Below, piece by piece: positions 27,799 to 29,925 of a DNA stretch of 29,925 bases. Numbering within the stretch: the stretch's first letter is position 1; each line of letters opens with the position of its first letter. The stretch lies in the IMG/VR virus record IMGVR_UViG_2061766007_000116; one strand, given 5' to 3'. This DNA is from an uncultured virus (IMG/VR IMGVR_UViG_2061766007_000116) (Duplodnaviria; Heunggongvirae; Uroviricota; Caudoviricetes). The notes beneath the pieces are model-generated. The model was not told the DNA's origin, ran no database searches, and was given only the letters and a program-made list of their open reading frames with translations. The position numbers and the translations under genes are program-made.

Positions 27799-27813
27799 CA
27801 CGGGATAGAATAT

Positions 27814-27858
27814 GGGTCTGCCGGTAGTGGTCTATCCGCTGCGGCAGACCCTTTCTTT
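27814..27858 (+). terminator. Intrinsic terminator after the BTAD gene
   Basis: gggtctgccg...cggcagaccc stem plus TTTCTTT. Confidence 0.8.
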
Positions 27859-27909
27859 ATATTTTCTGGATCTTGCGTGAAATGAAGGCAATAAACTGAA
27901 AAAAGTCCC

Positions 27910-27949
27910 TGTCACAGGATTGTCACAGCCGTGTAACAGCGGTGTCACA
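27910..27949 (+). repeat. Four TGT(C/A)ACA heptamers with exact 11-bp period
   Basis: Starts at 27910, 27921, 27932, 27943. Confidence 0.9.
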
Positions 27950-27972
27950 GCATNNNNNNNNNNGTAAAATAT

Positions 27973-28017
27973 GGGTCTGCCGTCAGTGGTCTATCCGCTG
28001 CGGCAGGCCCTTTCTTT
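27973..28017 (+). terminator. Second-allele copy of the BTAD-gene terminator
   Basis: gggtctgccg...cggcaggccc plus TTTCTTT; the substitutions retain pairing (U-A to U-G, U-G to C-G). Confidence 0.75.
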
Positions 28018-28069
28018 GTTTTTTCTGGATTTTGCGTGAAATGATCGCAATAAACTGAAAATTAGTCCC

Positions 28070-28197
28070 TGTCACAGGATTGTCACAGCCGTGTAACAGC
28101 GGTGTCACAGCATGAAAAAAGATTTTGAAGAATATTTCAATGTAACAGGACTGTCACAACCTCTGTAGCAGGCCCTGTCACAGCCGCCTATTAGAGT
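28070..28197 (+). repeat. Complete 4+4 heptamer array and -10 element
   Basis: Heptamers at 28070, 28081, 28092, 28103 (period 11) and 28141, 28152, 28164, 28176 (11, 12, 12); TAGAGT at 28192-28197. Confidence 0.9.
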
Positions 28198-28269
28198 GTG
28201 CGATGCAAAAGCAATAAGGCATTGTATACGAAATGGACGGGTGACAGAAATTGGAACAGGAACATCAAC

Positions 28270-28323
28270 AGGAGGCGGTTGCTTTTGCAGGAAACTGCAG
28301 TTGCAGCCGCCTCCTATTTTTTT
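28270..28323 (+). terminator. Second-allele copy of the leader terminator
   Basis: aggaggcggttgc...gcagccgcctcct plus T-run. Confidence 0.7.
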
Positions 28324-28421
28324 NNNNNNNNNNNNNNNNNNNNNNNNNNNCATAGGTGCCGCTCTCCTCCGGAACTGGAATTTGCCCAATCAACAAATTT
28401 CAGAATTCGGAGGAAAGATAA

Positions 28422-28661
28422 ATGAGATTCGATGTAGAAGCCTGCGGAGCCAGAATCAAGGAGCTCCGTATAAAAAACGAATTGACACAGGAAAAGATGG
28501 CAGCCGCCTTAAATATAACGGNNNNNNNNNNNNNNNNNNNNNNNNNNNNNNNNNNNNNNNNNNNNNNTCTTATTCTTGGGAAAACAGATCAGGCAGATCA
28601 GGCAAGGCTGGAGCTGGAGCAGGTACAGATGCATCTGGAAAGGCTTGCTTCACTGCTGTGA
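28422..28661 (+). CDS. Second allele of the 95-aa XRE regulator (internal gap)
   Basis: MRFDVEACGARIKELR...LERLASLL matches 26962-27249; Ns at 28522-28567. Confidence 0.85.
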   Translation: MRFDVEACGARIKELRIKNELTQEKMAAALNITXXXXXXXXXXXXXXXXLILGKTDQADQARLELEQVQMHLERLASLL

Positions 28662-28755
28662 AAAATGAACAGTGCCTAATTGGTACGGAAAACCGAGCCT
28701 GACAGGCACTAAAAAGAAAGAGCGCATCTTATTACACTAACTTCNNNNNNNNNNG

Positions 28756-29222
28756 ATTGCGGTTGGTGTTATGAAAGCAGCCTGCAAATTTTATGGCGCT
28801 GACTGGTGCGGCATATTGATCGCTGATCTTCGCTCACAATTATGGCGTCCTGAAATGTGGTACGATGTTGAGACCGGTCCTATGAAAGAGACTCTGTTTC
28901 ATGAATTTGAAATGACAGATGAGTTCGTCACATGGGCGGAGCACTTGGTTAGTCAGAGACCTCTGATTGTCCCGGACACAGAGGCGATACGGGATACCCA
29001 TCCGAAAGAATATGAAGCATATCAAAGACTCCAGACCAAGGCTGTAATCGGCGTCCCCTTTGGCCAGCATCCCTTGGGGTATATGGTTGTAAGAAATCCG
29101 ATCCGTAATATCTCCCAGCCTGAACCTCTTCAACTGGCCTGTTTCGTAGCCATGATGATGGTGCTGCAGAAGCGCCGCCTGGAAGCTGAACGACGATATA
29201 TTTCAGATGATACGCCGGAGGA
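28756..29222 (+). CDS. Second-allele GAF fragment of the GAF-wHTH-BTAD regulator
   Basis: IAVGVMKAACKFYGADW...RRYISDDTPE, nearly the same protein as 25771-26237, differing mostly at synonymous sites. Confidence 0.8.
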
Positions 29223-29233
29223 NNNNNNNNNNC

Positions 29234-29390
29234 CTGTTATATTTGATTCTTCATAAAACGTCGGTTGATCAGTTGAACATGGCGGCAGATCTGTGGCCGG
29301 ATGAGTCGGAAAAATCAGCGCGGGCAAACATCCGTCAGGCGATATACCGTCTGCACAATGATTTGGCTGTATACCACGACGCCAAGGTCA
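29234..29390 (+). CDS. wHTH fragment of the GAF-wHTH-BTAD regulator (one allele)
   Basis: LLYLILHKTSVDQLNMAADLWPDESEKSARANIRQAIYRLHNDL; not in the ORF track. Confidence 0.75.
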
Positions 29391-29401
29391 NNNNNNNNNN
29401 T

Positions 29402-29925
29402 CTTTTATATCTGATCCTTCATAAAACATCGGTTGATCAGTTGAACATGGCTGCAGATCTGTGGCCGGATGAGTCGGAGAAATCGGCGCGGGCAAACATC
29501 CGTCAGGCGATATACCGTCTGCACAATGATCTGGCTGTATATCATGACGCCAAGGTCATTGATGTGAGATCCGGAATGCTTGAATTGTTGGATGACGTCC
29601 ATATTGTTACAGACGCGGAAGAGATGGAAAGTCTTTATCTGAAGGCTAAATCCACGGCGAATTCGGACGAGAAAGCGGAGATGCTTAAGAAGGCCTTTGA
29701 ACTGTATCAGGGACGCCTGTTTGAACTGGGAGAATTGGATATGGGTTCTTGGCTGATTCCTTATACGACACATTACAATCAGGTTTTCATTGACATTGCG
29801 AGAGAACTTCTGACAATGCTTGGACACAGCAAGGATTATCATAGAGTAATTGAGTATGCCTCTCGCGCATTAACCCTTGAACCAGGAATACAAGATGCGT
29901 ATTACTGGATTTCGATTGCTGCCGA
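29402..29925 (+). CDS. wHTH plus BTAD fragment of the regulator (other allele, runs off right edge)
   Basis: LLYL...LWPD.....ARANIRQAIYRL (SARP wHTH), VTDAEEM, KAFELYQGRLF, SWL, RALTLEP (BTAD); not in the ORF track. Confidence 0.82.

Noticed and set aside
27910..28182. Heptamer array as a CRISPR array or iteron origin
   Set aside because: Units are 7 bp with 4-5 bp spacers, far too short for CRISPR, and there are no cas genes. No rep gene or AT-rich unwinding element is adjacent in the window.
29405..29842. 145-aa minus-strand ORF
   Set aside because: Shadow of the plus-strand wHTH-BTAD frame.

Overview
Accessory, mobile-element-rich DNA from a probable Bacillota (Clostridia-like) genome. 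It is a gapped scaffold whose right third interleaves fragments of two diverged alleles. Left arm (1-5.9 kb): a dinB (Y-family polymerase) gene running off the left edge, divergent from a LexA/CI-like XRE-S24 repressor, then two related XRE regulators, hypothetical genes, a large serine recombinase and a SLOG (DUF1273/YspA-like) gene. At 6.0-12.8 kb is a defence operon: small excisionase-like HTH, one C5 DNA methyltransferase, a 918-aa McrB-like GTPase, a LlaJI-family McrC-like nuclease, a GIY-YIG protein and a second, truncated GIY-YIG-like ORF. After a gap come a triple serine-recombinase module, a small XRE, an unexplained 340-aa + 70-aa (Cys4 plus hydrophobic tail) gene pair, a type III R-M mod/res locus (partly present twice) and a Fic-HTH gene. 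The last 5.2 kb can be re-ordered from overlaps into a regulatory cascade: XRE, a ~470-aa GAF-wHTH-BTAD (SARP-like) activator, an array of eight TGT(C/A)ACA-type heptamers with 11-12 bp spacing ending 9 bp from a -10 element, a terminated leader, a second XRE, paired operators and a boxA-like motif. This cascade is the most interesting structure I can support. No CRISPR, tRNA or rRNA was seen. All family calls are from motif recognition by eye, not database searches.
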